Source: Candidatus Poribacteria bacterium (GTDB lineage Bacteria; Poribacteria; WGA-4E; WGA-3G). From it: a stretch of 64,000 nt of DNA. Under the pieces are notes generated by a model. The model saw nothing but the letters and a program-made list of their open reading frames with translations, did no database searches and was not told where the DNA came from. The stretch spans positions 448,001-512,000 of the forward strand of contig CBDANF010000003.1 of NCBI GenBank assembly GCA_965197475.1. Reading direction: 5' to 3'. Position numbers and translations under genes: made by a program. The stretch's first letter is position 1. Each line of letters starts with the position of its first letter. Of the stretch, positions 30,197 to 41,546 are shown one piece after another.

Positions 30197-32212
30197 ATGA
30201 AAAAATATTTACCTTTTCAGTTTGACCATGGCAGTGCAGATAGCAGCACATGGCATTTACCCGATGGTGCTATTGCAAGATTCGGAAAAGGTAATATAGT
30301 CACAATGGCACTATCCCCGGATGGCACACTTCTCGCCATTGGAAGTTATCTCGGTTTGTGGTTGTATGATGTTACTAAGAGTACACCTTTAGCACTTTGG
30401 GAGGTGGAAACACAAGTTTCAGCTGTCGCCTTCTCTGCCTGTGGGGAATGGGTAGCAACAAGCAGCTGGGGCGGTCCTATCAAAATTTGGGATGTGAAGA
30501 GCGAGAATTGCTTAGTAGAATTGGCGCGACATGAAAGTGGAGGTAATTCCAAACTTGCCTTTTCACCTAATTGTGAATGGTTTGTAGTTGGTGGGGCAAC
30601 GAGACATTATAACCGCGAAGAAAAACTTTGTTGCAGCGTTGAAGTCTGGCACATTCCAAGAAGCCTTGATCAAAATAGTGGTAATGTCAACCCTGAACGT
30701 GAGGCAATTTATGTAGGCACCAATCCACTCGCGTTTTCACCTGACGGACGTTTACTCGCTTTTGCTTCACCCGATGGAGCACCTGAACCGTTTAATACAA
30801 ATGGATATCCAGTAATTGATGGAAGATGGTTGTTAGATTCAAGCAGAGTTGTGGTGTATGAGATAGCAACGGGAGAAAATCTCACTACTTTGGACGGGGG
30901 GAAGGATGTCAGCTCAATTTCCTTCTCACCGTGCGGGAAGTTTTTGGCTGTATGTGACCGTACCGGTATCACCAAAATATGGAAGGTGCCAGTACAACTC
31001 TCAACTGAAGTGCAACCTTGGACTCTACATAAGGTTTATCAAGAAGTGGACGATAACGCTTCCCAAAATATCAGTTATGCACCGGAAAACCGACTCTTAG
31101 CCACTGTATACGCGTACAAGGATGACACATTTTCAGTACATGATTTAGAAAACAGTGAAATTCTTTATCAACACCCTAAAGAAACTGGACCCTATAACCC
31201 AGACTATTCAAATGGCACACGGCTTGCATTCGAGAGCGAAAACGATGTACATATTTGGATTGAGGGTGAAAACCAATTAATCTCTTTGAGGCACACCGCA
31301 GGAGTTTTTCCAGGATCACTACAGTTTTCTTTAGATGGAAAGACTTTAATCGCACAAAGCAGGTACGATGGCATTTTTAGTTGGGATATAACACATCCCA
31401 ACGACCCACCTCATATTTTTAAACGCCTCGGTATCAAACCAGATTCAGATGGATGGGGAGAACGTTATTTTTCTGTGGAAATCTCACCTGCAGGAAAACA
31501 CTTTGTCACTTCTGCTGACGAAAGCAGTATCCGACTGTGGGAATTGGGATCGGACATACCGATTGCATCGTTTCCTATACAAACTGAAGTGTCTGACGTA
31601 GTTTTCTCACCAACTGCCAATTTACTCGGCTGCATAGACAAGGATGGTAGGGTCTATATCAGGGATATCACAACAAGTGAAATCTACGACACCTATACCA
31701 CGGAAGAAACTCATATCTCACCTTATATCACATTTAGTCCAGATGCCGCATATCTTATTTGTCATTCTGGTCAAATATATGATGTTGCGCAACGTAAACC
31801 GCTGGACCGGTATTCAAGTGAGGATCGTATAAAATTCCTTGAGTTTTCACCAAATTCCTCCCAAATCTGGTGTGATTGGTCAGGGTGGGATAATTATGAT
31901 TCGATAGATTTATGGGATATACTACAAGATGAAGAAGTGCTGTCACTTCCCATGCCAAAATGGTGGCAGGTAAAGTATATTGATGCTTTCGCGTTATCTG
32001 CCTGTGGGCAATATGTCGCTTGCAGTCCTGATACGTGGGCACTTGAAGGGTATATATGTGTATGGGATATCCGCAAAGGAACTGAACCTATTGTCACGTT
32101 TGAGGTGAAAGAAGGCATATCCTCTCTTGAATTTTCAGCTGATAGTACACTTTTAGCAAGTGCCGGCACCAGTGGTGCCATTCTACTTTGGGACATGAAA
32201 CCCTATCTTTAA
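30197..32212 (+). CDS. WD40 repeat protein (subfamily D)
   Basis: WHLPDGAIARFGKG, degenerate repeats with FSPCG motifs, C-terminal LLWDMKPYL. Confidence 0.88.
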   Translation: MKKYLPFQFDHGSADSSTWHLPDGAIARFGKGNIVTMALSPDGTLLAIGSYLGLWLYDVTKSTPLALWEVETQVSAVAFSACGEWVATSSWGGPIKIWDVKSENCLVELARHESGGNSKLAFSPNCEWFVVGGATRHYNREEKLCCSVEVWHIPRSLDQNSGNVNPEREAIYVGTNPLAFSPDGRLLAFASPDGAPEPFNTNGYPVIDGRWLLDSSRVVVYEIATGENLTTLDGGKDVSSISFSPCGKFLAVCDRTGITKIWKVPVQLSTEVQPWTLHKVYQEVDDNASQNISYAPENRLLATVYAYKDDTFSVHDLENSEILYQHPKETGPYNPDYSNGTRLAFESENDVHIWIEGENQLISLRHTAGVFPGSLQFSLDGKTLIAQSRYDGIFSWDITHPNDPPHIFKRLGIKPDSDGWGERYFSVEISPAGKHFVTSADESSIRLWELGSDIPIASFPIQTEVSDVVFSPTANLLGCIDKDGRVYIRDITTSEIYDTYTTEETHISPYITFSPDAAYLICHSGQIYDVAQRKPLDRYSSEDRIKFLEFSPNSSQIWCDWSGWDNYDSIDLWDILQDEEVLSLPMPKWWQVKYIDAFALSACGQYVACSPDTWALEGYICVWDIRKGTEPIVTFEVKEGISSLEFSADSTLLASAGTSGAILLWDMKPYL

Positions 32213-32711
32213 CGTGAGATCGGTATAAGCAAATTTTTGTAGTTATGTATAGCCCCAGCGGGGCGAAAGGTGTATATGTGCACCTATTGTAAGACACCTC
32301 ATGCAGCATGCCATACGCGCATGCTGCCCCGCTGGGGTTCAAGAGTGTGTCTAACACCGTTTTCTGGACACATTCCGCACCGCTGGTGCTGCGTTCTTCA
32401 CAAATCAACACCTTTTTGTCATAAAACACACACTAAATTGACGCTTATGGTGTGATAAGGAAACCGCATCTACCGGGATTGGGAAAATTAGAATTAGAAG
32501 TCATATTGAGTTAAACATAAGGATGTGTTAAAATAGGGAAAGAGAAGGGTGGACTTTATGTCCCATTCTTTCTACTTCAGACATCTATTTACTTTGAGTT
32601 CTTAGCTCTTACTCGCTATAAGTTCTTACCGAAAGAATAAATTAATTTTCATACAGATTGTGCTACAAAGATAGCAACTTGCGTTATCTTTAGAAACAAG
32701 GAAACAATATT

Positions 32712-34772
32712 ATGCAAGATCGAGGACCAGCAGCTTTTAATGTTATTGCGAGTGACCCTACGGGAAACACCTGGGCATTACCACAAGACGCAATTGCACG
32801 ATTTGGAAAAGGGGACCAAGGAGATGTCAAACTTTCTCCCGATGGCACATATTTCGCTGTTGGAACAGGGTTAGGACTTTGGTGGTATGACGTGTCGTCA
32901 ATGTCACCGATTTCGTTATGGGAAACGGAACGCGGATTGATTAATTCTCTCGACTTTTCTCATGATGGTAAGTGGATTGTTACTTATAACTCGGATGGTA
33001 TTCTTAAGGTGATGGATGTTCAAAGTGGTGAATGTATTTATCAAATGGAAGATCAATGGGCTTTCCACGGAATTGCCTTTTCGCCTAACGGAGATCGAAT
33101 TGCGATTGCCGGAGAAGGCATTAAGGTGTTGGATATGCAGCGCGGCATGTGCATCGCACAAATGGATCAGGAGTCACATGAAGATGAGTCAAGTCACGTT
33201 CATCAACTCACCTTTTCTCCGAATGGACAGTATGTTGCATCTGAAGTTATAAATTCTAAGGTATATTCGGATGATGGCGAACTTCTTAATCCTGAAACAG
33301 CGGGAAATCAAACTCATATCTGGGATTCAGAGACAGGAACACAGCTTGCAAAGTTTCCGAGTGAAAGGTTTGCTTTTTCCCCAGATAGCCGCCTGTTAGT
33401 GTATGCAGCACCTGACGATAACAATCCTGATAGTGTTGACTGCTGCGTTTCGATATGGAATATAGCTGCCAAAGAACGGGTTGCCCACTTTATAGGGCAT
33501 AGTGATTATATTAATGAAATTATCTTTTCACCTTGTGGGCAATTCGTTGTATCAAACCGTAAAACGCTACGGTTGTGGGATATGGCAGCGGGGAAACAGA
33601 AATCCGCTTTTTCGCTGCCAACCGACGACGAGATCGAGTTTGTCCGTCCAGAACCGATCTACTCATCAGAAGGCGTGCTACATGCCAAAGTGATTAACTT
33701 TGACGCACGGGTTATTGAAGTGTGGAACGTAGAACGCAGCGAAAAATTACAGACACTTGAATGGTCTCATGGCATAGGAGGCGAGTACTTTGCCTTATGT
33801 CCTGATTTGGTTATCACATACGCGTTATCTTCCAATCGCACGGATGGTAAAACACACACATTTCCTGCACTACGCGAACCTCGTTTCCCGTGGCCGGAGG
33901 CGATGGCCGTTTGGCTGGATGATCAGACGCTCGCAAGTAGGAGCATTAGACAAGGTATCGTTTTATGGGATATTCCGCAAAAACGCGTCCGGGAAACATT
34001 GATGGATGACAAAAATTTTGACTATTTTACTATTTCGTCTCGCGGAAGTATCTTGGCTATGGAAATTGGTGAGACAACCAAGGTATGGGATGTTGATGTG
34101 TCTGGTAAACCGATCGCGGAGTTCACCATACCACCTGATGACTTGATGCTTCACAGAGGCAAGTTCGCCCCTACAGGCGACCAGTTTGCCACTGCAAATA
34201 GAAATGGCGCGTTTTATGTGTGGCATTTCGGAACCTCGGAGCATCCGACAAAGTTCACGGGACATACAGACCGTGTTGAATCAATAGCGTTTTCCCCAAA
34301 TGGAAGGATGCTTGTGAGCGGGGCATTTGACAACACTACACGTTTGTGGGATGTTGCGTTGGGCAAAGAAATTGCCACATTGCCTGTAGACGTATCTCTT
34401 ACAACAAGGGCAATAAAATTCTCGCCTTGTGGTAACATAATAGCTGGAGGGTTGGGCAGCGAAATCCGTTTGTGGTGTACTGAGCAACTTACAACATTAC
34501 GCACAATACCACAGCCAGACAACAACCAACGGACTTATGCACTCGCTTTTTCACCGCGTGGCAATTATCTCGCATCGGGAACTTGGTGGGAGAAGGGCAT
34601 GCAAAAAATGGCTATCCGGTTATGGGACGTTGCTACAGGTGAGAATATCCATACTTTCTGGGGGCATAACTCGGACGTGCAATCACTTGCATTTTCACCA
34701 AACGGCACAATGCTGGCGAGTGGTAGTTTTGATGGCACAATCTTGATCTGGGATCTAAAACCGTATCTGTAG
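32712..34772 (+). CDS. WD40 repeat protein (subfamily D)
   Basis: WALPQDAIARFGKG ... TFWGHNSDV ... WDLKPYL. Confidence 0.88.
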   Translation: MQDRGPAAFNVIASDPTGNTWALPQDAIARFGKGDQGDVKLSPDGTYFAVGTGLGLWWYDVSSMSPISLWETERGLINSLDFSHDGKWIVTYNSDGILKVMDVQSGECIYQMEDQWAFHGIAFSPNGDRIAIAGEGIKVLDMQRGMCIAQMDQESHEDESSHVHQLTFSPNGQYVASEVINSKVYSDDGELLNPETAGNQTHIWDSETGTQLAKFPSERFAFSPDSRLLVYAAPDDNNPDSVDCCVSIWNIAAKERVAHFIGHSDYINEIIFSPCGQFVVSNRKTLRLWDMAAGKQKSAFSLPTDDEIEFVRPEPIYSSEGVLHAKVINFDARVIEVWNVERSEKLQTLEWSHGIGGEYFALCPDLVITYALSSNRTDGKTHTFPALREPRFPWPEAMAVWLDDQTLASRSIRQGIVLWDIPQKRVRETLMDDKNFDYFTISSRGSILAMEIGETTKVWDVDVSGKPIAEFTIPPDDLMLHRGKFAPTGDQFATANRNGAFYVWHFGTSEHPTKFTGHTDRVESIAFSPNGRMLVSGAFDNTTRLWDVALGKEIATLPVDVSLTTRAIKFSPCGNIIAGGLGSEIRLWCTEQLTTLRTIPQPDNNQRTYALAFSPRGNYLASGTWWEKGMQKMAIRLWDVATGENIHTFWGHNSDVQSLAFSPNGTMLASGSFDGTILIWDLKPYL

Positions 34773-34776
34773 AATT

Positions 34777-35175
34777 ACTATAGTTTGGACAATTTTTAGA
34801 GTTCCTGTGTGATAGTCAGTTAATAGAAACACCTCAGCATCAATAGAAGTTTCACTGATACACCTCATGCAGCATGCCATACGCGCATGCTGCCCCGCTG
34901 GGGCTGATTATGGTTAAGCTATCGTTTTCTATACACCTGTCACCCCGCTGGGGCTGATGTTTTTCTTATATCCTTTATATTTTGTGAGATTTAGCTGATT
35001 GAAGAAACTCGTAGAAAAGGACCTTAGAGCAGCCCCACCGGGGTGGAATGTGTATAGTAGCATGATGGACACATGGATAAAGCCCCAGCGAGGCGACAGG
35101 TGCACAGCATTTTGACTGGACTCATAGTATCTCAACAGTTGACTTGAATAGTTTGTCCATTGTCTAAACTATAGT
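34777..35175. mobile_element. MITE with 17-bp inverted repeats and an 8-bp target duplication
   Basis: ACTATAGTTTGGACAAT / ATTGTCTAAACTATAGT; GTAGAATT on both flanks (34769-34776 and 35176-35183). Confidence 0.8.
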
Positions 35176-35198
35176 GTAGAATTAAAGGTGATAATTTG

Positions 35199-37253
35199 AT
35201 GAAAGACGGAAAATTAGGGACTCATACACCGGTAGCGGCAGACGTAGGCGACGTAACCACCTGGGCACTTCCCGAAGGCGCGATTGCTCGCTTGGAGCGC
35301 GGTGGTGTGTGTGACATGGCATTCTCCCCAGATGGGCACTATCTCGTTATCGCAACCAAGATAGGCATCTGGTGGTACGAAATGACAACCATGTCGCCTG
35401 TCGCACTGTGGGACATGGAACGAGGGATGGTTGGCAGTGTTGTCTTTTCGCCCAACGGGAAATGGATTGCTACCAGCAATTGGGATAAGGTCCTAAAGGT
35501 GTGGGATGTGCAACGCGGTGTGTGCGTGACGCAGATAGAACTTGGGTTCTGGGATTCTTTCGCCTTTTCTTCTGACAACCGATGGCTTGCTATCGGCAAC
35601 CGTGACACCGCAACCATCAAAATCTATCATCCAGAAACCGGAGAAACGCTTACAAAATTTATCGGTGAAGCCAAAAAAGGAGGTAGTTATATGCCTATCG
35701 CATTTTCGCCCGATACTTGCTTGTTAGCGTCCACGAGTCGTGACGATCCAGATGACGGTGCTGAATCTATAGTTGTGTGGGATGTAGGGAGCGGTGAGCA
35801 AATTTCCTGCCTCACAGAAGACACTCGCTGCGTTTACCATCTCTGCTTTTCGCCGTGTGGGCGGTTCCTTACCTCCGGCGGGGCAGAAAATGGTACGGTC
35901 CACGTCTGGGATGCAGATAATTGGAAACTGGTGAAGGTGTACACAGGTTACGGCGAGTCTCAAATGATCCCCTCCTATTCGTCGGAGGGTGTTATCCATA
36001 CTGCAGTGGTATCCTCTGATGATAATATCGCCACCGTGTGGAACCTAGAAAAGACAGAGAAACTTTACACTGCGAATTCAGAGGGAACAGTGGCATTTGC
36101 AAACGGTTCACAGCTGGCCTACCAATACGGACATCAATTCTTAGAGGTATGGACTATGGATAATCCACACCCGCGTCGAACCATCCAGACACATCTTTCG
36201 TTTGTAGACACATCCAATTCATTAGCATTTTTACCGGATGGAAAAACATTAGCAGCTGAGTACCGGTATGGTCCCGCGCTGTTATGGGATATTACAAGTA
36301 AGCAGTCGCAACTTGCAATCAACGCAAATTCGGAAGAAAAAAAGCAGTATTTGTATACATCTCCTGATGGAAAAAGTTATATTGCCTGTATCAACAAAAA
36401 CATTATCAGATTATGGGAAATTGGAGACGATGCGATCCCGATTTTTGAGTTCACGGAACATGAGAAGGAATGGGACGTATGGGTACGGCCGGGATTCGTG
36501 TCTACGGTTAATCTGCTTGCATGCGCGGATCAAGAGGGCAGCTTGATAGTATGGGATGTGCAAAACGGAGACACATTTTGCAAGATGACACCCCCGCTTC
36601 GTGAAGTTGACTCCTATGGAAGCCCTGATTCCTACGAAATTTGCTTGATCAAGTTCAGTGCAGACGGGAGGTTCCTTGCCAGTGAAGCACATTGTGATAT
36701 TCCAAATGTCCGACTGTGGGATGTGAAACGAGGCACAGAGATTGCCGAGTTTCCAACAGATAAAATTGTGGGTATCAAAGGCTTTTCTCCGTGTAGTGCA
36801 TATCTGGTTTGCAAATCGGTAAAAACATCAGATATTTTACTATGGGATGTCGAGCGTCGCGAAATTTTCACGACAGTACAGGGTGGAGGAAAATCTGAGT
36901 TCGCCTATTCTCTGTGTGGTTCGTATATAGCTTGGGGTGGCGAAGAAGATATTCTGCTATGGAATGTCAAACGTCGTGAGATTCATAAGCGGATCTCCCT
37001 ATCGGAGTGTGAGTGGACACATACCTTGGCGTTTTCTCGATGTGGGCAATACCTCGCCTTTGGGGCTGAGTGGCACAAAACAGAGAAGGTTCCAGTAAAG
37101 TTATGGGAGGTTGAGACAGGTAAACATATTGTCACATTCTGGGGACACACAACGGATGTACAAGCAGTCGCTTTTGCACCGAATAACGAACTTTTAGCAA
37201 GCGCGAGTTTTGATGGTTCTATTATCCTCTGGGACCTGAAACCCTATCTGTAA
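35199..37253 (+). CDS. WD40 repeat protein (subfamily D)
   Basis: WALPEGAIARL ... TFWGHTTDV ... WDLKPYL. Confidence 0.88.
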   Translation: MKDGKLGTHTPVAADVGDVTTWALPEGAIARLERGGVCDMAFSPDGHYLVIATKIGIWWYEMTTMSPVALWDMERGMVGSVVFSPNGKWIATSNWDKVLKVWDVQRGVCVTQIELGFWDSFAFSSDNRWLAIGNRDTATIKIYHPETGETLTKFIGEAKKGGSYMPIAFSPDTCLLASTSRDDPDDGAESIVVWDVGSGEQISCLTEDTRCVYHLCFSPCGRFLTSGGAENGTVHVWDADNWKLVKVYTGYGESQMIPSYSSEGVIHTAVVSSDDNIATVWNLEKTEKLYTANSEGTVAFANGSQLAYQYGHQFLEVWTMDNPHPRRTIQTHLSFVDTSNSLAFLPDGKTLAAEYRYGPALLWDITSKQSQLAINANSEEKKQYLYTSPDGKSYIACINKNIIRLWEIGDDAIPIFEFTEHEKEWDVWVRPGFVSTVNLLACADQEGSLIVWDVQNGDTFCKMTPPLREVDSYGSPDSYEICLIKFSADGRFLASEAHCDIPNVRLWDVKRGTEIAEFPTDKIVGIKGFSPCSAYLVCKSVKTSDILLWDVERREIFTTVQGGGKSEFAYSLCGSYIAWGGEEDILLWNVKRREIHKRISLSECEWTHTLAFSRCGQYLAFGAEWHKTEKVPVKLWEVETGKHIVTFWGHTTDVQAVAFAPNNELLASASFDGSIILWDLKPYL

Positions 37254-37271
37254 ACGCAAGGAGATATTTTG

Positions 37272-39254
37272 ATGCCAAACAAAAATTTAGTAATTCCGCC
37301 ATCTGTTAGTGTGAGCGGAGATGATGTAACAACCTGGGCACTTCCCGAAGGTGCCATCGCCCGTTTGGGACGAGGCGATGTAAATGATATTGCATTTTCG
37401 CCAAATGGACAGTATCTCGCAGCTGCCACAGACATAGGGATTTGGTTGTATACATTGCCTACGCTATCCCCTGTAGCGTTATGGGATACAGAAAACGGGC
37501 ATACCGAAGTTGTCACATTTTCACCTGATAGTCGTTGGATTGCTGCTTACAGTAATAATGAAGAAACTTTAAAGATTTGGGATATTCAAATAGGTGTATG
37601 CTTAGCCCAAATGGCAGATTCATATCAACCGGGTAGTTGCCGTCCCATCTTTTCACAAGATGGCAAGTACCTTTTTGGTCGGTCTCTCCAGTGGTATGCA
37701 CAAACCGGTGAATTATATGACAAAATTGAATTATGGCACCCACATCCTACCAACGCCGCTGTCTCTTCCACCTTTTCTTCAGATGGAAGTCTGATCATAG
37801 CAGAGAGATTTGACTCCAATAATGATCACACAGAGATTGTTGTATGGGACGTGGAGTCTGGCGAACAAATTGCCTGCCTCAGTGAAAAACGTGAAAGACA
37901 CGATTTAGTATGGTGGAATCCCTGCTTTTCTCCGTGCGGACGCTATCTTGCTGCTGGTGATTGTGATGGAACAATCCGAGTTTGGGAACTTGAAAACGGA
38001 ACATTGCTGAATACTTACACCGACTACGGAGACGCGAAGATGTATCCGTGCTATACACCAATGGGGAATCTGATTGCCGCATCAATACTTCCGCAAAAGG
38101 TCGAAGTATGGAATGTAGAAAAACACGAAAAACTTGATGAGTTTGAACTTAACGGGGAATATGTTTCACGACATCGCGTCCGTTTTTCAGACGATGGCAC
38201 ACAACTTGCGGTGTCAATACCAAACGCACTCTTCCTCTGGACAAAAGAAAAAAATGGATGTCGTCCACTCACTATACTTAATGGACATACAGATACTGCA
38301 GATTGCCTTGCCTTCTCATCCGATGGAAAAACGTTAGGAGCTGCATATTGGGATGCAAACGTTATCTTATGGGATGTGGCAAGCAAGCGTGCACAACGCC
38401 CAGGTGGAGAAAAACTGCGCGGGACAGCACATGCTGTTTATCTTTCTGCCAATGGTCAATTCATTTCTACTGGCGGAGACGATAAAGATACCCTCTGGAT
38501 TTCAGAGATTGGAAATCCTCAACTAGTAGCAGAATTCACCGCACCTTGGATTGGGACAAATTATTCTAAGACATACTCGCTTACTGCTCAAAGGTTAGCA
38601 AGCTCCGATGGTGAATATAATATCCACATTTGGGAGTATATACAGCCTTCCCTAAGTAAAACAGAGGAACAGGGTTGGAGAAAACATACTACGCTCATCG
38701 GGCACACGGCACCTGTTAGGTCGTTGGCGTTTAGTCCGAATGGAAAACAACTCGCGAGTATCTCATGTTCAACAGAAGAGCGAAGCACCCGTAACGCCCG
38801 ATTGTGGGATATTAATGATGGCAAGCAAATTGCAGAATTATCCTTACCACCTTTTTTGAATCAAATGGAGAGTTTTCGTGGATGGGATATGAGAATAGCG
38901 TTTTCACCGCGTGGCGATTTAATTGCCGGAGGACAGTGGGGAGAGATTGTGTTATGGAATGCGACAACTGGTCAAATACACATGACATTGCCACAACCGG
39001 AAGACAGTCAAAGACCCATTACGTTGTGCTTTTCACCGTGTGGAAAATATTTAGCATCTGGCGCGTGGTGGCAACCTGAGTTAAAACTGGTATCAATCCG
39101 TTTGTGGGAAATTGCGAGTGGTGAAAATATCGCTACTTTTTGGGGACATACGACCGATGTTCAGGATCTTCAATTTACATCGGATGGTGCTGTTCTCGCA
39201 AGTGCAGGGCATGATGGTGTAATCTATCTTTGGGATCTGAAACCTTATCTGTAA
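37272..39254 (+). CDS. WD40 repeat protein (subfamily D)
   Basis: WALPEGAIARLGRG ... WDLKPYL. Confidence 0.88.
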   Translation: MPNKNLVIPPSVSVSGDDVTTWALPEGAIARLGRGDVNDIAFSPNGQYLAAATDIGIWLYTLPTLSPVALWDTENGHTEVVTFSPDSRWIAAYSNNEETLKIWDIQIGVCLAQMADSYQPGSCRPIFSQDGKYLFGRSLQWYAQTGELYDKIELWHPHPTNAAVSSTFSSDGSLIIAERFDSNNDHTEIVVWDVESGEQIACLSEKRERHDLVWWNPCFSPCGRYLAAGDCDGTIRVWELENGTLLNTYTDYGDAKMYPCYTPMGNLIAASILPQKVEVWNVEKHEKLDEFELNGEYVSRHRVRFSDDGTQLAVSIPNALFLWTKEKNGCRPLTILNGHTDTADCLAFSSDGKTLGAAYWDANVILWDVASKRAQRPGGEKLRGTAHAVYLSANGQFISTGGDDKDTLWISEIGNPQLVAEFTAPWIGTNYSKTYSLTAQRLASSDGEYNIHIWEYIQPSLSKTEEQGWRKHTTLIGHTAPVRSLAFSPNGKQLASISCSTEERSTRNARLWDINDGKQIAELSLPPFLNQMESFRGWDMRIAFSPRGDLIAGGQWGEIVLWNATTGQIHMTLPQPEDSQRPITLCFSPCGKYLASGAWWQPELKLVSIRLWEIASGENIATFWGHTTDVQDLQFTSDGAVLASAGHDGVIYLWDLKPYL

Positions 39255-39273
39255 AACGCAAGGAGATATTTTG

Positions 39274-41493
39274 ATGCAAGACAAAAAAATAGTAGTACCT
39301 GCACCAGCCGGTGTCGGTGGAGATGATGTCACTACCTGGGCATTGCCTGAAGGTGCAATTGCCCGTTTGGGTAGAGGTCAGATAGGTAGAATGGCATTTT
39401 CGCCAGATGGAACACACCTTGCTGTTCCGACACGTATCGGTTGCTGGTTGTATGACCTTGGGACAATGACACACCGCGCACTTTGGGGGACAGAACGGGG
39501 GATGGTAGCAACCATTTCATTCTCTGACGATGCGCGATGGACTGCTACTAGCGACTGGGATGGTGTTGTGAAGATATGGGACACACAAAACCTACAATGT
39601 GTCGCAGAAATAGATGTGTCCGAAGATTCCGATGCTGTAAGAGCGTCGGCTAACAATCTCACCATTTTACCTGATGGACAACACTTAGCTATGTACTACG
39701 TTGACGTATATCCCGACCAGACTCCGAAATTCTACAGCAGACAGTGTGCTGTCTACGCTTGGCGTACAGACACTGATACCCCTATCACAAACTACACTGC
39801 AAAGTCTAAACGGGAAGGAGGTAACGTTAGTCCTATAGCAATTTCGCCTGATGGTAGTCTTTTTGCATACACACCTGAGGCAAACATGACATCCGTTATC
39901 TGTATGGAGACAGGCGAACAGATTGCAGAACTACATGATGATTACATCGGACAATCTGAGAAAGGATGTCACAGGCTCGTTTTTTCTCCCTGCGGAAAGT
40001 ATCTTGCCGCCTGTAACAAGGGAAACAAGGTGCATGTGTGGAATGTACATAACGGCACTTTGGAAATGGAACCGATGGAATATGGCGGCGATAGCTACAT
40101 AAAATTTGGCATACCTTTCTATACGTCGGATGGTACTTTACGGGTTGCTGGTATCGGAGGTATTGAGGTCGTATTATGGGATGCAGCTCAGCAGAATACG
40201 ATAGATACCTTTGAATCTTGGATTCCGTCTAATATAAGTGCCTGTTTTTCAACAGATGGCACACGGTTTGCAGTCGCTAATGGACGCGGCGAACTTCACC
40301 TCTGGACAGAAGGGACATCAGCAGCACTTGCATCTCTCCCTGTACATCATCAGAACGTTAATCCAGAGAACGTTAATCCAGTAAGGTTTTCTAACGATAG
40401 CCATAGATTGGTAAGTAACCACAAAACCCGCTCTGCAATCTGTGTATGGAATGTTAAGCGGCGACAAGTGGAACGTACATTCCATTTCCAAACCCGGAAT
40501 CCTAACGTTCCAGGTTCCATAGTTCTATCAAACAGTCTTGAACTTCTGGCTACCACTGAAGAGAGTGAAAATTCCATTAAAGTTTGGAATCTCTTGTCCA
40601 AAACCCAAGTTACAGAATTCGCCGAAAACCCCACGCGAGTGCGTAATATGGTTTTCTCTCCCACAGAAGAATATCTCGTCACCGCGGGACTCCGCAGATC
40701 TATTAAAGTTTGGCATGTTGCGTCCGGCACGCAAATCGCAGAACTTCCCAGAAACCCGTCGTCACATGTGTCTAAGATAGGGTTCTCACCTACAGGAGAA
40801 TACTTCGTCATCATCTATGGAGACAGTATCGCTGTGTGGGATACTTCGCGGTGGGAGAACCTCCATCAAGCGTCTCTTACACCACAGCAGAAACGTCCGG
40901 GTTGGAAATTGGTGTTTCACTCAAACGGTAAACACTTTTTCACTATTCCACCAGAGGACGTTACCCTCGTCTGGGATTTCAAAAGCGGGAATCAAATCGG
41001 CTCGCTTGATACAACAACATGCATAGATCCATCTTTATATAAAGGCATGCCGCAAGATATTCAACGTGTCCAAGAACAACAGAAAAAAGGTCACCGTCGC
41101 ATCCGGGCACTCCAAACCTCTTCTCACCATAACCTCATCGCTGCTGGAATGCGGAGCGAAATTAGAGTGTGGGACGCAACTACCTTAGAAGAGTGCATGG
41201 CACTTATCCCGCCTATAGGATGTCAGATGCCTTACGCGCTTGCATTTTCACCATGCCTCAACTACCTCGCCTCCGGTTCTCGATGGCAAGAGAATCCACG
41301 GTGGGAAAAGGAACAGAAAAAGACATCTATCCGTTTGTGGGATATTGCCACTGGTGAAAATGTCCACACATTTTGGGCACACTCTTCCGATGTCTTATCG
41401 CTAGATTTTTCACCAGATGGAAATCTCTTAGCAAGCGGCAGTTATGATGGCAGTATCCTGCTTTGGGATATGAAACCATTCATCGGTTCTTAA
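39274..41493 (+). CDS. WD40 repeat protein (subfamily D)
   Basis: WALPEGAIARLGRG ... WDMKPFIGS. Confidence 0.88.
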   Translation: MQDKKIVVPAPAGVGGDDVTTWALPEGAIARLGRGQIGRMAFSPDGTHLAVPTRIGCWLYDLGTMTHRALWGTERGMVATISFSDDARWTATSDWDGVVKIWDTQNLQCVAEIDVSEDSDAVRASANNLTILPDGQHLAMYYVDVYPDQTPKFYSRQCAVYAWRTDTDTPITNYTAKSKREGGNVSPIAISPDGSLFAYTPEANMTSVICMETGEQIAELHDDYIGQSEKGCHRLVFSPCGKYLAACNKGNKVHVWNVHNGTLEMEPMEYGGDSYIKFGIPFYTSDGTLRVAGIGGIEVVLWDAAQQNTIDTFESWIPSNISACFSTDGTRFAVANGRGELHLWTEGTSAALASLPVHHQNVNPENVNPVRFSNDSHRLVSNHKTRSAICVWNVKRRQVERTFHFQTRNPNVPGSIVLSNSLELLATTEESENSIKVWNLLSKTQVTEFAENPTRVRNMVFSPTEEYLVTAGLRRSIKVWHVASGTQIAELPRNPSSHVSKIGFSPTGEYFVIIYGDSIAVWDTSRWENLHQASLTPQQKRPGWKLVFHSNGKHFFTIPPEDVTLVWDFKSGNQIGSLDTTTCIDPSLYKGMPQDIQRVQEQQKKGHRRIRALQTSSHHNLIAAGMRSEIRVWDATTLEECMALIPPIGCQMPYALAFSPCLNYLASGSRWQENPRWEKEQKKTSIRLWDIATGENVHTFWAHSSDVLSLDFSPDGNLLASGSYDGSILLWDMKPFIGS

Positions 41494-41546
41494 GGTATAT
41501 ATAGATATAGATTTAACTCAGTCCAAGAGAAAATAAAGGAGGTTTA

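Noticed and set aside
32210-35175. CRISPR array from recurring CCCCAGCGGGG repeats
   Set aside because: The repeats are irregularly spaced, in both orientations and inside MITEs; there are no regular spacers and no cas genes.
40351-40381. 15-bp tandem duplication (QNVNPENVNP) as a phase-variation locus
   Set aside because: Only two units and in frame; a simple slippage duplication.
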